Shown in pieces: positions 18,719 to 20,000 of a stretch of DNA of 20,000 bases; the first letter of the stretch is position 1; each line of letters begins with the position of its first letter. Source of the stretch: Hydrurus foetidus (taxonomy: Eukaryota); NCBI GenBank assembly GCA_900617105.1, contig UYFQ01000383.1, positions 44,386 to 64,385 of the forward strand, read 5' to 3'. A program made the translations under genes and the position numbers. The notes beneath the pieces were generated by a model. That model was not told the origin of the DNA. It did not search any database and saw nothing but the letters and a program-made list of their open reading frames with translations.

Positions 18719-20000
18719 GCTATCTCTGTTTGGTTGTTATCGTTGTAAACGGTGGAAAATGTCTTGCGATATCTTGTCGTGTGCATCGATAACGATGTTG
18801 TGTTAAACGGACGGTACATTAATGTGTGACAGCGGGTTCGCAGTCCACATGAACGTACTGCGGGTTTTAGTACAATAAACCATATAGTATGATAGGTATT
18901 GATATTTGTGCTTCGTTGACGAGGCTATCTTTTCAAGGGGTGTCCATTGTTGGTATGGTTTGCACCCGAATCCGAGATGTCATGCCTAGCCTTGATTTTA
19001 ACAGAACATTCAATGCTGCCATATTTAAGCGATGGTAGTGTGATAGAGGAGTATTAGTCCAACTGATCGTAGACCGTATGCGTGATATCTTCATGGTTTA
19101 TATTATGTATGTGTTTTTAGCCATAATAGCGTTATTGTTCACATAGTAGATATATTCCTTTTCAATATTCATATGTAGTATTGGTGTAATGATGCACTGT
19201 AACTTTTCAAATTTCTCTAAGTTTTTTCTTTACGGAAACGACGAAGATAAATGTTGACAGTTTCTCAGCGCGGATAAATCGTTCTGGTGATTGGATTCCG
19301 TGATTTTGGGTGGCATGGTTCGCTTCAATCGGTGTAAAGTCTTCGTGCGTCCTGATGGGCGCAGCAGATTTGGGCGGTCGTAGGGCCATTTGTATCGTCC
19401 GTTCGCTGTGATTGTTAACTTGTAAGTTTTAAATTGTTATAAGTATAATAAGCAGTGACGTATGTTAGACGTGACGTGGCAATAGTTGTTCAACTTCAAC
19501 TTCAACCGCGGTATCACTGTGTACGGCCCATTTGTACGTTTGACTGTGCAGTATTGTGGTGACCGTTCGAGATCACACATTGCTTATTCTGACTGTTAAA
19601 GATATATTGTCTTCAATCGTCATCGGAACATTCTTAACTTCAACATCGAACTGACGTCAGAATTAGACCCTGGACCGGTGAATTCCAGACTTTTGAAATG
19701 CTGTCGTAACTATCCACAATACATAATCAAAATATTTTTCTACTCTTCTTATCTGGAAAAGTATCTCTACATTTATTATATTTGATTATAGTTCTTTACA
19801 CTGTCCCTCAATGCATTGGAGAGCTGCAGGCTCTCTGTGGTACTATGAAGCATCGTCCTATTGTGCTATCCTACTCCATATAGAGCATCAAACGTCGGAA
19901 CAACAGTGTGATAATGTGTGTTAGACTTCAAACAAAATCGCAGTGAATGTGTCGCAAGATGAGCAATTGTGTGTTAATTATTTGATAGACTATCCCCTTG
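18719..20000 (-). other. Presumed 5' external transcribed spacer / intergenic spacer of rDNA
   Basis: Position upstream of 18S; no credible ORF; no 28S sequence seen; transcription start not identifiable. Confidence 0.55.

Noticed and set aside
19207..19389. 60-aa minus-strand ORF in the spacer
   Set aside because: Short, no recognisable motif or splice context.

Overview
Eukaryotic nuclear DNA, most likely a chrysophyte (ochrophyte stramenopile) judging by 18S signatures. Left to right: (1) the 3' part of a large + strand gene that I spliced by hand into 9 exons (8 GT-AG introns, all phases consistent, 1977 aa in the window, 5'-incomplete), encoding an armadillo-type repeat protein; its introns carry 5-, 11- and 19-bp tandem repeats and one 165-bp fold-back element; (2) a convergent, intronless type II membrane GT32-like glycosyltransferase whose DxD motif reads DSH; (3) a decayed Ty1/copia retrotransposon (gag, protease, integrase; no RT/RNase H, no recognisable LTRs) with gag and pol separated by one in-frame TAG; (4) a ~180-bp inverted integrase fragment from a second, divergent copia element; (5) a 2.25-kb (CCA/GCA)n array with higher-order structure; (6) a full-length minus-strand 18S rRNA gene whose unit breaks off in or just after ITS1, with no recognisable 5.8S or 28S; (7) presumed 5'ETS/IGS. 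I cannot demonstrate a new biological system. The best leads are the truncated rDNA / G-rich array / double-copia junction, the possible gag-pol readthrough, the DSH glycosyltransferase and the intronic hairpin. A misassembly through the repeat array cannot be excluded.
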